Shown in pieces: positions 1-11,214 of a stretch of DNA of 64,000 nt. The first letter of the stretch is position 1; every line of letters starts with the position of its first letter. Source of the DNA: Vicinamibacteria bacterium (GTDB lineage Bacteria > Acidobacteriota > Vicinamibacteria > Marinacidobacterales > Marinacidobacteraceae); NCBI GenBank assembly GCA_963668695.2, contig CAXXLQ010000001.1, positions 32,001 to 96,000 of the forward strand, given 5' to 3'. A program made the position numbers and the translations under genes. The notes below the pieces were generated by a model that saw nothing but the letters and a program-made list of their open reading frames with translations, was not told the origin of the DNA and searched no databases.

Positions 1-2716
1 AACGCAGGAGGTACTGCTCTCTGAAGCCGCCCGGGCCTTGCGCGTCGCTGGCGTCGAGAAGAAGCTGCTGCCTGTCGGTGCGGCGGATCTCCAGGTTGTT
101 GAGAACGTCTTCATAGGATTCGAGTCGGACAATTTTGACAATGCGCGGACTGTGCGCTGTTTCCTCTGGCGTCGCTAGGCGCCCCAGGTTGCCGTCCTTC
201 CACTCTGGCGCGAAGGTGACCTTCTTGATCCGCGGCAACAGCACCGTGTCGAAGTAGTCACCCATCTCAGCCAGAATGAACTTGCGCCGTCGGCGTTCCT
301 CCCGGTTGAGATTTATGACCGCATGGCCCGTCGTTCCGGAGCCCGCGAAAAAGTCTAGAACATAGGCCCCAGCGGCCAGGTCGACCGCAAAAATGGCATC
401 CTCGACCGTGTGCACCGACTTCGGATACGAGAACGGATTCTGCGTTCCGATGATGTCCCGCAGTAGATTGGAGCCAAATGTGCCAGCGTTGTAGCGCCGG
501 TCGATCCAGTTGCTGAACAAGGCCGCTTTGCGTTCTCGCGCTTGAATCAACTGATAGATCGTGTTGCCTTCCGTACAGCTTAGTTTGCCCTGGGCTACCA
601 GTTGCTGGCAAGATTCGTATGAACGTCGCCAAACGCGCTCATTCCCGTTAGCGCCTATCGGATAGATCCTAAGTTGCCCTTCGGCGGTTGGCCCTGTCGG
701 ATAATCGTTCTGTACCAAAGGTGGCGGAGCCTCGATTCCCACCACCTTTCGCGATCGTGGATCGATCAAGATCGCATAGAAGCTATTCGGCCGACCGTAG
801 CGGAAATTGCTTCTTGCCGTTCCGCTTCGCTTGAATGGTCGGAACTCAACATCGGCATCGACCATCCTTCCAGCGAGAGTGCGGTCGGAAGAAGCGGCGA
901 AACACGCGACCATATACTCATGGGTGTGCGATAGCGTCTTCGCCTTTCCACCCTGCGGGTGGTGGTTGACGATAATCATCTCACGACGCAACGATGAGTG
1001 TTCGCTATCGACAAGCTTAGCTAAATTCGCCATCTCGAAGTCGTCGATCGCTATGAATAAAACAGGATCAGCCGCCAATATCTTGGGTACCAACGCCAGC
1101 CGACTGGCCATTAGTGTTAGCCATGATGATCGAAGATAGTTGTTCTTGTATGGAATCTCGGAATCACCGGTGTTGTAGGGGGGATCGATATAGACACACT
1201 CCACTCGGCCTTGATATCGGCGTTGCATGAGAACTAAGGACTGGAAGTTGTCGCCGTGAAAGAGAATGCCGTCGGTCGGGTCGTCCAGGTTGTCGAAGGT
1301 GGCAAGAAGCTCTGCGACAAAGGTCGGATGAAAGTGCCGCGTATCCAAGACTAATGTAGGGTGGGCTCTTAAGAACGCGGCGGTGATGTGTCCGCTGTAG
1401 CCGGGCGTGGTCAGATCGGGCTTGATGCTGGTAATCCCAAAGAGCTCTACCCACTCCTTGTGCTGCGCTTCATTGGAGGCAATGTCAGGGTAGAACCCCT
1501 CGGGGATGATGCCGATTGCTATGCAGTAGTGCGTTGCGACCACGAACTTCTTCTTCAACCAAAGTTTTTTCTGGAAGTTTTCGAGCTGCGCAAGGAAATC
1601 GATAATCTTCCCCGCTATCTTGCGGATGACCTGGATCTTGGATAGGTACTCTTCGACGCGCGCCACCGACTCGTTCTCTACATCGTCCAGATGCATAACT
1701 TCGTTCTTGATGTAGAAGTCCAATTCGCGACGTAGGAAGGTCCCGAGATCCTTGTGGATGAAGAAATCGAAGGTGTTGCGGGCGGTGTAGCGGCGCAAGT
1801 GCGCCTCGAGTCGCGTGTAGTCCGCGCGCCTGCCGCCCGCCATTTCGTGCGGCTTGCAGAGTTCGCTGATCCACTCGTCGAGTCTGGTGCCGGTTGTGGT
1901 CAGCACGCGCCGGGAGGCAAGTGCGCTCAGGTACTTCTGGGCGGGGGGCTTTTTCTTGGCATCGCGGTCGACATCAGACCAATCGGCGAGCGTCGGCGGG
2001 CGGTACTCGAACCGAATGACGAGTTCTCTGCCCTGGTCGCCGATTTCGTCGGTGAGGAAGTCATGGCCAGAGACGCCGGGGGGTGAGAGGACGAACATGC
2101 GGTCCTTGCCCTGGGCAACCTGGACGTTGCCGTGTTCGTCCTCAACCGCATCCGTGAGGCGGAAGTGCACCCGCATCGGGTTCGTCGCATCTTCCGGCGT
2201 GAGACAAAATGAGTAGTCGCGCAGGTACTGGCTCGTCTTGATGTAGTGCTGGTCCTTGTTGGCCCAGTGCAGCGTCACTTCCTGGCCCTCGTAGGGGATC
2301 GCGTAGACGCCTGCCTTGTACACGGGCTTCGCGAGGAAATCACCGTCGGAGTAGTAGCGACTGAAGAAGCGAAACAGGTGGTCGTACACGTCGCTCTCCA
2401 GCGCGCCGATGTCCACCGCGTCGCTCGTGAGCCGTGTACGAAGGCCTTTGACTTTTCGCGATGTCTCCGGGTCCACGCCGAGATCCTCCGCCTGACCGAT
2501 GGCGGTGACCAAGTCCTTCTCGATCGCGGCCTTGTCGGCAGTCTTGTATCGACGGAAGGCATCCCGCACTTGAGACAGGAGATCCTCTTCGAGGAACTGC
2601 GACACTTCGACACTCTTGGCGTGCATCACGCGGTAGAGACCGAAGTCCAAGTCGGGCTGGTCGAGCTGGAACAGCTCCTTCAGCTTGTCCCTCAGCTTCT
2701 CGTACTTGTGACTCAT
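1..2716 (-). CDS. mod: Type III restriction-modification N6-adenine DNA methyltransferase (Mod), 3' end beyond left edge
   Basis: Absent from the ORF track, probably because it runs off the window. ATG at 2716 with AGGA upstream; N-terminus [34 protein letters not shown]. In the same frame are motif IV '[11 protein letters not shown]' (D codon at 1186) and motif I '[15 protein letters not shown]' (D codon at 355). DPPY before FxGxG is the beta-class order typical of Type III Mod. I did not check every codon between the motifs. Confidence 0.88.
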   Translation of the reverse strand, partial: MSHKYEKLRDKLKELFQLDQPDLDFGLYRVMHAKSVEVSQFLEEDLLSQVRDAFRRYKTADKAAIEKDLVTAIGQAEDLGVDPETSRKVKGLRTRLTSDAVDIGALESDVYDHLFRFFSRYYSDGDFLAKPVYKAGVYAIPYEGQEVTLHWANKDQHYIKTSQYLRDYSFCLTPEDATNPMRVHFRLTDAVEDEHGNVQVAQGKDRMFVLSPPGVSGHDFLTDEIGDQGRELVIRFEYRPPTLADWSDVDRDAKKKPPAQKYLSALASRRVLTTTGTRLDEWISELCKPHEMAGGRRADYTRLEAHLRRYTARNTFDFFIHKDLGTFLRRELDFYIKNEVMHLDDVENESVARVEEYLSKIQVIRKIAGKIIDFLAQLENFQKKLWLKKKFVVATHYCIAIGIIPEGFYPDIASNEAQHKEWVELFGITSIKPDLTTPGYSGHITAAFLRAHPTLVLDTRHFHPTFVAELLATFDNLDDPTDGILFHGDNFQSLVLMQRRYQGRVECVYIDPPYNTGDSEIPYKNNYLRSSWLTLMASRLALVPKILAADPVLFIAIDDFEMANLAKLVDSEHSSLRREMIIVNHHPQGGKAKTLSHTHEYMVACFAASSDRTLAGRMVDADVEFRPFKRSGTARSNFRYGRPNSFYAILIDPRSRKVVGIEAPPPLVQNDYPTGPTAEGQLRIYPIGANGNERVWRRSYESCQQLVAQGKLSCTEGNTIYQLIQARERKAALFSNWIDRRYNAGTFGSNLLRDIIGTQNPFSYPKSVHTVEDAIFAVDLAAGAYVLDFFAGSGTTGHAVINLNREERRRRKFILAEMGDYFDTVLLPRIKKVTFAPEWKDGNLGRLATPEETAHSPRIVKIVRLESYEDVLNNLEIRRTDRQQLLLDASDAQGPGGFREQYLLR

Positions 2717-2848
2717 GTGGACTCTTTTTCCTTGTTCAGGGTCTTCCGGCGCGGCCCGCCTCGAATTACCGGATGGCAGCCTCGCCTTCTCTTCGCGTGA
2801 CCTCGCCGACTGGGGACGGGCGTGCCGGACGCCCGTTTCGGGACTTTG

Positions 2849-5800
2849 TCAAGCGGCCGGACTTCTCCAAAGTTCTCGGACTCGGCCGGCCTGCGCGTAG
2901 CCCGGCCGTGAGTGAACCCGTGCGGTATACGCCCCCCATGCCTGCCGCTCCCCGCTCAGTTGCCACACCCGGCGCGCCCGCGCCGCCAGATCGTCGAGCA
3001 GGGTGTAGAAGAAGGGCAGGATGACTAGCGTGAGGACGGTGGAGGCGGCGAGTCCGCCGATCACCGCCCGCGCCAGCGGGAAGTAGTAGAGACCGTCGAG
3101 CCCGGTCCGTCCGACCGCCATCGGGAAGAGGGCGAGCATGGTGGCGCCGGCGGTCATCAGGATCGGCCGCAGCCGGTCGCGTCCGCCGACGAGCAGCGCC
3201 TCGCTGCGGTCCATGCCTTCGCGGCGCAGCTTGTTCACGTGGTCGATCAGCACGATCCCGTTCTTGACCACGATCCCCATCAGGATGAGCATCCCGATCT
3301 GAGCCATGAGGTTGAAGGGGCTGTCCGTGAAGAGCAGCGTCCAGCTCGCGCCCCAGAGCGCGTACGGGATCGAAATCAGGATCGCGAGGGGGTGGATCAG
3401 CGATTCGAACTGGGCGGCCATCACGATGTAGATCAGGAGCAGCGCGAGCAGGTAGTTCACCGCCATGGTCTGGAGATCGGTGTCCTGCCGGGTGATCCGG
3501 TCCCCGAAGGACCACGAATAGCCCGCGGGGAGGGCCATGGCGTCCAGTTCCTCCTCGATCGCGGCGCGGGCGTCGTCCCACTCCTCGCCCTCGTAGGCGG
3601 CGCGGAGCGTCGCCACCGCCTTCCGGTCCACCCGCCGGATCGCCCGGCTGCGTTCCACGATCTCGAAGTCGGCCAGATCGCCGAGCAGGATCGGGACGCC
3701 GCCGTCGGACATCAGCGTGAAGTTTTCAAGGTCCTCCACCCGGGAGACGTCCTTTTGGGACATCGTGAGGAGCACCTCGGCCTCCCGGTCCTCGGTCTGG
3801 AAACGCCGGAGCGGCCGCCCCCCGAGCGTGAAGCCGAAGATCTCGGCGAGGTCCTGCGGGGTGATGCCGAGGCGGGCGGCCTCCTCGACCCGCGGCCGCA
3901 CCACGACTTCCTTCCGGGGAGTGTCCTCGGTGCTCCGGATATCGGCGACGCCCCCGACGCCCGCTATCCGCGTCTCGGCGCGCTTCGCGAACTCAGCGAG
4001 CCTTTCGGAGTCCTCCCCGTAGAACCGGACCCGGAAGAACATGCTGTCCCCGCCGGTTTCCTGATCGTCGTCGCCGAACACGATCCGGGTGCCGGGAAGG
4101 ACGGGGAGGGCCTCCTTGACCCGTTCCTTCATTTTCTTCCCCTCGGCGTCCGAGATGTGCTCCTTCCCGAACGAGATCACGGTCTGCGCCTCGTTCTCGG
4201 CGAAGAAGCTGTACACCGACTCGATCCCGAGCTCCTCCCGGAGTCCGGCGAGTTCGCGTTCGACGGCCAACACCGCGATCCGGGAGTCCTCTTTGTAGTG
4301 GAAGTCCGAGAACTCGTAGGCGAGGAAGATCCGGTTCCGGTTGAGCCCGGAGAACATCGCGGTGGAGAGGCCGAGGAAGAAGGGCAGGATCGCGGTGGCC
4401 AGGAAGGCGACCGCGATTCCCGCGGTGACCCAGCGGCGGCGCAGGGTGAACCGCAGGACTCGCTGGTAGAGATCGCCGAGGCGCTCCGTCCAGCGCGGCG
4501 CCACCGACGGCTTCCGGGCGAGGAGACGCGAGCTCACCAGCGGAATCAGGGTGAGCGAGATGAACAGGGAGCAGAAGATGGTCAGCGAGATGGCGAGGCC
4601 GATCTCACCGAGCCAGATGGACATCTGGTTCTTCGATCCCACCACCGCGGGGAGGAACACCACCGCGGTGGTGACCGTAGAGGCGATCACCGCCCCGGAG
4701 ACCGCCTGGGCGCCCGAGATGGCCGCCAGCTTCGCCGGGATGCCCCGGCCGTGCTCCCGGACCACGGACTCGAGGACCACGATGGCGTCGTCCACCAGGA
4801 GACCGATGCCCAGCATCATTCCCATCATCGAGAGCACGTTCAGCGAACGGCCGGCGAAGTAGAGGACGATCGCGGTCGCGATGATGGACATCGGGATCGT
4901 CAGGCTGACGATCGAGGTGGTGTCCACCCGCCGGAGGAACAAGAACAGGACCAAAACTGCGAGGAGCGCGCCGAGCAGTCCCTCGGTCCGGATGCCCGAC
5001 AGTCCCGAAGTGATCTCCTCCGCCTGGTCCTCCCAGACGAAGAGGTTGATGCCGTTGAGCGCCGGATCGGCGGCGATCTCCGCCTCGATCAGCTCGGTGA
5101 CCGCAGTGGCCACCTCGACCGTGTTCGCCTCGGCGCTCTTGTAGACGGTCAACCCGATCGCGATCTCGTCATCCAGATGCCGTCCGAAGGGAATCGGCGG
5201 CTCCTGGTAGGTCACCTCGGCGACGTCGGCAACGGTGAGACCCCGGTCGTTCAGCGGCAGGCCGCCGATCTCGTCGATCGCGGACAGCGCACCGAATCCG
5301 CGCACCGGCGTCACCACGCCGTCCGCCCGGATGCGTCCGAGCGACACGTTGCGGTTCATTCCGGAAACGCGCTCGGTGACCTCGCCGAGGTCCACCCGGT
5401 GGGCCGCGAGCCGGTCGAGGCGCAGGTTGATCCGCACCTCCCGCGGCTCGACGCCGTCAAGGTCCACGCGGGCCACCCCCGGAACCCGGCGGATGGGGTC
5501 GGCGATCCGCCGTTCCAGGCGGTCGTAGTTCGCGGACAGGTCCATTCCGGGCGCCGAGATGCGGGCCTCGACGATCGGGATCTGCGTCGTCGAGAAGGTG
5601 TTGACGTAGATCTCCTTCACGTCGGAAGGAAGATCCCGGCGCGCGTCTTCGACGGCCTCGAAGACCTTGGCGCGGGCCACGTCCACCGTTTCGCCCCAGG
5701 TGAACTCAAGTTGGAGGTCGGCGCGGTCGGCGGTGGCGGTCGAGTTGATTCGGCGGGCGCCGGGGATGGTGGCGAGCGCCTCCTCGAGCGGCTGGACGAT

Positions 5801-6022
5801 CTCCCGTTCGATCTGCCGGGGGCTCGCGTTCGGATACGGAACGGTTACGAAGACGCCGGGGAAGTCCACGTCCGGCAGATAGGTGAGCGGGATGCGGGTA
5901 AACGAGATGCCGCCGAGCACCAATAGGCTCAGCAGCACCATCGCGGTGGTGACGGGCCGGTTGACGGCCAGGCGGGGAAGGCTCATTCCGTCAAGAAAGA
6001 AGCGCCGGTCTCCGACCGGCAT
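2849..6022 (-). CDS. AcrB/AcrD/AcrF-family RND efflux permease (second subunit)
   Basis: 1057 aa; 'RPVTTAM' N-terminus, 'LVDDAIVVLE', 'KNGIVLID', 'RLRPILMT'. The true start may be ATG 5986. Confidence 0.95.
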   Translation of the reverse strand: MPVGDRRFFLDGMSLPRLAVNRPVTTAMVLLSLLVLGGISFTRIPLTYLPDVDFPGVFVTVPYPNASPRQIEREIVQPLEEALATIPGARRINSTATADRADLQLEFTWGETVDVARAKVFEAVEDARRDLPSDVKEIYVNTFSTTQIPIVEARISAPGMDLSANYDRLERRIADPIRRVPGVARVDLDGVEPREVRINLRLDRLAAHRVDLGEVTERVSGMNRNVSLGRIRADGVVTPVRGFGALSAIDEIGGLPLNDRGLTVADVAEVTYQEPPIPFGRHLDDEIAIGLTVYKSAEANTVEVATAVTELIEAEIAADPALNGINLFVWEDQAEEITSGLSGIRTEGLLGALLAVLVLFLFLRRVDTTSIVSLTIPMSIIATAIVLYFAGRSLNVLSMMGMMLGIGLLVDDAIVVLESVVREHGRGIPAKLAAISGAQAVSGAVIASTVTTAVVFLPAVVGSKNQMSIWLGEIGLAISLTIFCSLFISLTLIPLVSSRLLARKPSVAPRWTERLGDLYQRVLRFTLRRRWVTAGIAVAFLATAILPFFLGLSTAMFSGLNRNRIFLAYEFSDFHYKEDSRIAVLAVERELAGLREELGIESVYSFFAENEAQTVISFGKEHISDAEGKKMKERVKEALPVLPGTRIVFGDDDQETGGDSMFFRVRFYGEDSERLAEFAKRAETRIAGVGGVADIRSTEDTPRKEVVVRPRVEEAARLGITPQDLAEIFGFTLGGRPLRRFQTEDREAEVLLTMSQKDVSRVEDLENFTLMSDGGVPILLGDLADFEIVERSRAIRRVDRKAVATLRAAYEGEEWDDARAAIEEELDAMALPAGYSWSFGDRITRQDTDLQTMAVNYLLALLLIYIVMAAQFESLIHPLAILISIPYALWGASWTLLFTDSPFNLMAQIGMLILMGIVVKNGIVLIDHVNKLRREGMDRSEALLVGGRDRLRPILMTAGATMLALFPMAVGRTGLDGLYYFPLARAVIGGLAASTVLTLVILPFFYTLLDDLAARARRVWQLSGERQAWGAYTARVHSRPGYAQAGRVRELWRSPAA

Positions 6023-6076
6023 CGCTGCCCGGCAGGGCAGCGAAACTCCCGCTTCTCCATCGCTGCAAGACGCGAC

Positions 6077-9000
6077 TCACTCCGCAAACCTCTTCCGGTC
6101 GAACACCGCGTACGCCGTCGGAATCACCACCAGCGTCAGCAGGGTCGAGACCGCCAGTCCGCCGATGACCGTGATCGCCATCGGGCCCCGGATCTCGGCT
6201 CCTTCGCCGAGTCCGAGCGCCATCGGGGCCAGCGCCAGGATCGTCGTGAGGGTGGTCATCAGGATCGGCCGCAGCCGGATCTCCCCGGCGGCGACGATGG
6301 CCTCCGCCTTCGCCATCCCGTCCCGCCGCAGCCGGTTGATGCAGTCCACCAGCACGATGGCGTTTTTGACCACGATGCCGGCCAGCATGACCACCCCGAT
6401 GAGCACGATCACGCTGATCGTGGATCCCGAGAGCAGGAGCGCCCAGACCACCCCGATCGCCCCGAGCGGGATCGTGAAGAGGATCAGGAACGGATGCAGC
6501 AGCGACTCGAACTGGCTCGCCATCACGAAGTAGACGAGAAAGATGGCGAGGCCGATGGCGAGCGCCAGGCTCGCGAAGGAACGCTCCATCTCCTCGCTCT
6601 GTCCCCCGAAGCGGGTGGAGACCCCCGGGGCGAGCCCCAGCCCGGCGACGGCGGTCTCGATGGCCTCGGTGGCGCTGGCCAGGTCCACCCCGTCGAGGTT
6701 GCCCGAGACCACCACCGCGGGGCGCTGGCCGACCCGGCGGAGTTCGGCCGGTCCCTCGCTGAGCTCGGCGTTCCCGAGCGCGCGGAGCGGCACCGGGCGC
6801 GCTCCCTCGGAGTACACGATGAGTTCGGGCACCGCGGCGGTGTGCGAGCGGAGGTTCTCGCTGCCCCGCACCACGATGTCGATCCGCCGGTCGCCCTCGT
6901 CGAGCCGGGTGGCGACCTCGCCGCGGAGCTTGGAGCGAAGCCCTTCGGACGCCTGGTCCACCGTGAGTCCGAGGCTCGCCAGGCGATCGGCGGCGAATCG
7001 GACCCGGATCTCCGGACTCCCCGCCTCGGCGGTCGAACGCACGTCGGCGAGCCCGGGGACCCCGGCGACGGCCGCCTGCACCCGGCGGGCGCTCGGCACC
7101 AGCAGCGAGCGGTCCTCGGAAAAGACCTCGACCTCGACGGGCTGGCGGACGCTGAAGTAGGACGGCCGGCCGAACTCGTAGCGGATCCCCGGCCGCTCCG
7201 CGAGACCGGCCCGGACCCTCTCGATCGCGGCCGCCTCGGCCTCCTTGTCACCCCGGTCCGCCATGACGACCTGGACCCGGCCCTGGTGCTCGGCGCGTCC
7301 CGAGCCGCCCGCGAAGCCGCCTCCGGCGGCGGTGCCCGCTTCGGTGGTCACCCGGAGCACCCCCGGGAGGTCGAGCGCGGCGGTGCCCACACCGTCCACC
7401 ACCGCATCGGTCGCGGTCACTGCGGATCCCTCCGGGAGGTGGACGTCGAAGTGGAACTCGCCCTGGGAGAGCGCCGGAATGAGTTCGACGCCGATGGCGG
7501 TTCTTCCGACGGCGAGCGATCCGGCGAAGAGCCCGGTCGCCAGCGCGAAGACGGTCACCGGGTGGCGGAGGGCGGCGCGCAGCACCGGCGGATAGGCGCG
7601 CGTGACCGCGGTCTCGGCCGCTCTAAAGGCCCACAGCAGCGGCCGCAGCGGAAGGATGATTACGCGCCCGACCTTGCGAAAACCCGTGCGGACCGCGCCC
7701 AGCGCCCGGACGGTGATCGTCGCCTTGGCCTCCCCGGTGGAACCGGGAGCGGCTCCGCCCCGGCTGGCGAGGACCGGGATGAGCGCCAGCGAGAAGCCCA
7801 GCGAGGCGAGGATGGAGATGGAGACGGTGAGCGCCTGGTCGTGGAAGAGCTGTCCGGCGACTCCTTCCACGAAGACGATGGGCAGGAACACCGCGACGGT
7901 GGTCAGGGTCGAGGCGATCACCGGGCCCGCGACCTCCACCGTGCCGGCGATCGCCGCATCCCGCCAGTTCTCCCGGTGGGGGCCGGGCTCGCCCCCGTGG
8001 CGCCGGCGGTGGATCGCCTCCAGCACCACGATGGAGTCGTCGAGCAGCATGCCCACCCCGAGCGCGAGCCCGCCGAGCGACATGATGTTCAGCGAAAGCC
8101 CCATCTGCTGCATCACGAAGAAGGTGGCGATCACCGAGACGGGAATGGCCATCGCGACCACCGCCGTCGCCCGCCGTTCGCGGAGAAACAGCGCGATCAC
8201 CAGGATGGCGAGCAGGCCCCCCTCCCAGGCGTTGCGCACCACCTCCGAGATGGCGCCTTCGATGAACTGCGACTGGTCGAAGAGGACGGCCAGCGACACC
8301 CCGGCGGGAACCGAGTCCTCCACCGCTTCGAGCTGGGCCCGGATGCCTTCGGCCACCCGCACCGTGTTCGCGTCTCCCTCCTTGAAGATCCTGACCTCGA
8401 CGCCCTCGGCGCCGCCCTGCCGCAGGATCACTTCCTGATCCTTGAACCCGGAACGGACCTCCGCCACGTCGGCGAGCCTCACGAGGCGCCCGCTGGCGTC
8501 CTTCACGATCACGGCGTCAATGCGGTCCAGCGTGTCCAGCTCGTTCAGCGTCCGGACCAGATAACGGGCCTCGTCCTCGTACACGCTGCCGCTGGCCAGG
8601 TTCACGTTGTTGTCGGCCAGCGCCGTCCGGACCTCCGCGACGGTGATGTCGTAGGCGCCAAGCCGGCCCTCGTCCACATCCACCTGGATCTCCCGGACCA
8701 GGCCGCCCTCGATCCGGACCGCGGCGACCCCGTCCACCGCGTCGAGGTCCTTCTTGAGGTCCTCTTCCGTCCATTGCCGGATACCGGAGAGCGGCAGTCC
8801 CCCGGAGACGCCGATCCGGAAGATGGCGTCCGACGCGGGGTCGAAGCGCAGGAGCCGGGGCCGCTCGGCGTCTTCCGGAAGGAGGACGCCATCGAGCTTT
8901 TCCCGCACGTCGAGCCCGGCGAAGTCCATGTTCGTGTCCCAGACGAACTCCAGCGTGACCTCGGACACCCCGGCGCGGGAACGGGAAGTAACCCGGCGGA

Positions 9001-9232
9001 GCCCGGGAACGACCGAGGCCGCCTCCTCGATGGGGCGCGTGACCAGCGTTTCGACCTCGATGGGCGCCGCGCCCGCCATTCGGGTCTCGACCGTCAGGGT
9101 GGGATAGGAGATCTCCGGCAGCAGATTGACCGGCAGCCGGCCGAGGGCCACGAACCCGAACACGCAGGTGGCCACGGTGAACATGGCGACGGTCACCGGC
9201 CGCCGGATGCAGGAAGTGATCAGGGATTTCAC
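6077..9232 (-). CDS. AcrB/AcrD/AcrF-family RND efflux permease (first subunit)
   Basis: 1051 aa; 'RRPVTVAM', 'LLDDSIVVLE', 'KNAIVLVD', 'RLRPILMTTLTT'. Confidence 0.95.
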   Translation of the reverse strand: MKSLITSCIRRPVTVAMFTVATCVFGFVALGRLPVNLLPEISYPTLTVETRMAGAAPIEVETLVTRPIEEAASVVPGLRRVTSRSRAGVSEVTLEFVWDTNMDFAGLDVREKLDGVLLPEDAERPRLLRFDPASDAIFRIGVSGGLPLSGIRQWTEEDLKKDLDAVDGVAAVRIEGGLVREIQVDVDEGRLGAYDITVAEVRTALADNNVNLASGSVYEDEARYLVRTLNELDTLDRIDAVIVKDASGRLVRLADVAEVRSGFKDQEVILRQGGAEGVEVRIFKEGDANTVRVAEGIRAQLEAVEDSVPAGVSLAVLFDQSQFIEGAISEVVRNAWEGGLLAILVIALFLRERRATAVVAMAIPVSVIATFFVMQQMGLSLNIMSLGGLALGVGMLLDDSIVVLEAIHRRRHGGEPGPHRENWRDAAIAGTVEVAGPVIASTLTTVAVFLPIVFVEGVAGQLFHDQALTVSISILASLGFSLALIPVLASRGGAAPGSTGEAKATITVRALGAVRTGFRKVGRVIILPLRPLLWAFRAAETAVTRAYPPVLRAALRHPVTVFALATGLFAGSLAVGRTAIGVELIPALSQGEFHFDVHLPEGSAVTATDAVVDGVGTAALDLPGVLRVTTEAGTAAGGGFAGGSGRAEHQGRVQVVMADRGDKEAEAAAIERVRAGLAERPGIRYEFGRPSYFSVRQPVEVEVFSEDRSLLVPSARRVQAAVAGVPGLADVRSTAEAGSPEIRVRFAADRLASLGLTVDQASEGLRSKLRGEVATRLDEGDRRIDIVVRGSENLRSHTAAVPELIVYSEGARPVPLRALGNAELSEGPAELRRVGQRPAVVVSGNLDGVDLASATEAIETAVAGLGLAPGVSTRFGGQSEEMERSFASLALAIGLAIFLVYFVMASQFESLLHPFLILFTIPLGAIGVVWALLLSGSTISVIVLIGVVMLAGIVVKNAIVLVDCINRLRRDGMAKAEAIVAAGEIRLRPILMTTLTTILALAPMALGLGEGAEIRGPMAITVIGGLAVSTLLTLVVIPTAYAVFDRKRFAE

Positions 9233-9277
9233 GGGGCTGATTTCACGGGGTTGGCAGTCCGGAATCCGTCCGGTGAA

Positions 9278-10372
9278 TCAGTTGCCGTTCAGGATTTGGA
9301 CCAAGTCGCCCGGGGTCAGCGCGCCGTGGCCGGCAACCACCACGCGCGCTCCCGCCTCGAGCCCGTCCAGCAGTTCGATGAGCGCCCCCTCGGGGCTCTC
9401 CATCTCGATCCCTACGGTCACTTCGCGCCGCACCGCGCGGCCGTCCTCGACCACGAAGACGTGGGCGCCGCCCTCGCTCTGGATGATCGCCCGCTTCGGA
9501 ACCAGCACTGCGTTCTCACGCCGGCCGGTCTCGATGACCACGCGGGCGAAGGAGCCGGGACGGATGACCGCCCCCGCCGGGCGCGGAAGCGCGACGGTCA
9601 CCTTCACGGTGCCGGTGTTGCGGTCCACCACCGGGCTGACCTCCCGGACCCGTCCCACCAGGCCGCTCCCGCTCGCGTCCGACTCCCGCCGGACCACCGC
9701 CGGCAGACCCGGCGCCAGACCGATCACGTCCCGCTCCGGGACATAGAGCCGCGCCACCAGAGTGTCGAAGTCGGCCAGCGTCAGCAGGTGCTGCGCGGGC
9801 TCGAGCCGGCCGCCCTCGACCAGCAGGAGCTCGGTGACCTTGCCCGCGAAGGGAGCGCGGATCTCGGTCCGTTCCAGCTCCAGCCGAGCGGTTTCCAGTT
9901 CCGAGGCGGCGAGGTCGCGATCGAAGCGCGCCTTCTCGTAGTCCCACTCGGAGACCAGGTCCTGTTCGAACGCCCGCTTCTGCCTCGAGAGTTCCGCATC
10001 GGCCCGCGAGAGCCGGAGATCGGCCTGCTGGAACGCGAGCCGGCGCTCGCGGGCGTCCACCCGGGCCAGCACGTCACCGGCGGCGACCGAATCGCCCTCG
10101 CGGACCCGGATCTCGGTGAGGACTCCGGAGGTCTCGGAGAACACCTGCGCGGTGCGTTCGGCCTCGACCGCCGAGGTGGTCGCGAGATGGAGGGTGACCG
10201 GGCCGAGCCGGGCTTCGGCGACGCTCACCGGCGTCCGGGTGGTCTCTTCGGCGCCCCCGGTGATATCGCCCGCCTCGCTCGCTTCGGTCCCGGACAGCAG
10301 CAAGGGGACGACGAGGCCCGCGCCGCCCAGGACCGCGGCTGCCGCCAGCACGACAAACAGTGTTCGCTTCAT
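9278..10372 (-). CDS. RND efflux periplasmic adaptor (membrane fusion protein), copy 1
   Basis: 364 aa; N-terminal TM anchor, lipoyl half motifs 'VREGDSVAAGDVLA' and 'IRAPFAGKV', 'VSPVVDRNTGT'; first gene of the RND operon. Confidence 0.93.
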   Translation of the reverse strand: MKRTLFVVLAAAAVLGGAGLVVPLLLSGTEASEAGDITGGAEETTRTPVSVAEARLGPVTLHLATTSAVEAERTAQVFSETSGVLTEIRVREGDSVAAGDVLARVDARERRLAFQQADLRLSRADAELSRQKRAFEQDLVSEWDYEKARFDRDLAASELETARLELERTEIRAPFAGKVTELLLVEGGRLEPAQHLLTLADFDTLVARLYVPERDVIGLAPGLPAVVRRESDASGSGLVGRVREVSPVVDRNTGTVKVTVALPRPAGAVIRPGSFARVVIETGRRENAVLVPKRAIIQSEGGAHVFVVEDGRAVRREVTVGIEMESPEGALIELLDGLEAGARVVVAGHGALTPGDLVQILNGN

Positions 10373-10531
10373 GGCTTCTCCTAACGGATCACCCGGGCCG
10401 GTGGTTCCGGACTTCGGGCTTTCACTAGGGAACTACGCGGCCGCGCCCCAAACTCTTCATCGCCGAATCCGCCCGGAACCGGGCCGGACCGTATGGACCG
10501 CCATCCCGGTTACTGCGAGAATGCCGGGAAT

Positions 10532-10606
10532 GCGCGGTTAGCTCAGCGGGAGAGCGCCTGCCTTACACGCAGGTGGTCGCAGGTTCAAATCCTGCACCGC
10601 GCACCA
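10532..10606 (+). tRNA. tRNA-Val(TAC), copy 1, CCA encoded
   Basis: Cloverleaf GCGCGGT/ACCGCGC acceptor, GCTC/GAGC D-stem, CCTGC-CTTACAC-GCAGG anticodon arm, GCAGG-TTCAAAT-CCTGC T-arm, ACCA end. Confidence 0.97.
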
Positions 10607-10608
10607 CG

Positions 10609-10705
10609 CCGGCCCTGAGCGGGGTCGCCGTCCGGTTTCGTGCACGGTGCCACGGGGCTGATTTGGCAAGACCCCGCTCAGGGCCGGCCCGGCGCTTCGC
10701 GCCGG
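10609..10705 (+). other. Long hairpin plus CCGGCGCTTCGCGCCGG palindrome downstream of tRNA-Val copy 1
   Basis: CCGGCCCTGAGCGGGGTC ... GACCCCGCTCAGGGCCGG inverted repeat, then a 17-nt palindrome; the same architecture follows tRNA copy 2. Confidence 0.6.
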
Positions 10706-10994
10706 ACTTCCGAAGTGCGGCGGGAGCCGCACGGAGACCCCGGAGCAGGAGGGTTGGAGGTCGGGGAACCCGACTCCCAACCGCTCCTGGCTCGGGAATC
10801 GCAACTCCCTTGCGCGCCTGCGGCGCACTGCGGCGAGTTTCGATTTTGCGCTGTCAATTTGTGAAAGGGGGGTGCCCCCCTTTCACACTTTCCCCCCGGT
10901 CATGCGGGCGGCGAACCTCCGGTTCGCCGCCATTTCGTTTTTTCGCTTGCTTGGCGCTCCGCCACCGCTACTCCGCCAGCCGGAATATGGGAGA

Positions 10995-11020
10995 GGGAAC
11001 GCCGGTCTTCAGACCGGCAC
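10995..11020 (+). repeat. REP-like palindrome GGGAACGCCGGTCTTCAGACCGGCAC
   Basis: Related copies at 26543-26568 (rev), 31864-31889, 41871-41896 and 50186-50211 (rev), all intergenic. Confidence 0.7.
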
Positions 11021-11214
11021 CGCACGCCGCAGGCGTGCGAAACGCGTTCATCTGAGCATCCCTCAAGGCGCTCTACAGCGGGAACGCCTTCAAGAGACAC
11101 CGACTCTTACGTCTTTGGGAGAACCGCAGCCCACCAAACCCGGTGGAGGATCGCGCCGGCCCGGAAATGTCCACCCCCTCCGCTGACACCCCACAGGTGC
11201 GCCGCAGGCGTCTG

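Noticed and set aside
3239-10384. Long plus-strand ORFs (895 aa, 1296 aa)
   Set aside because: Antisense shadows of the RND/MFP genes caused by high GC3; no recognisable motifs.
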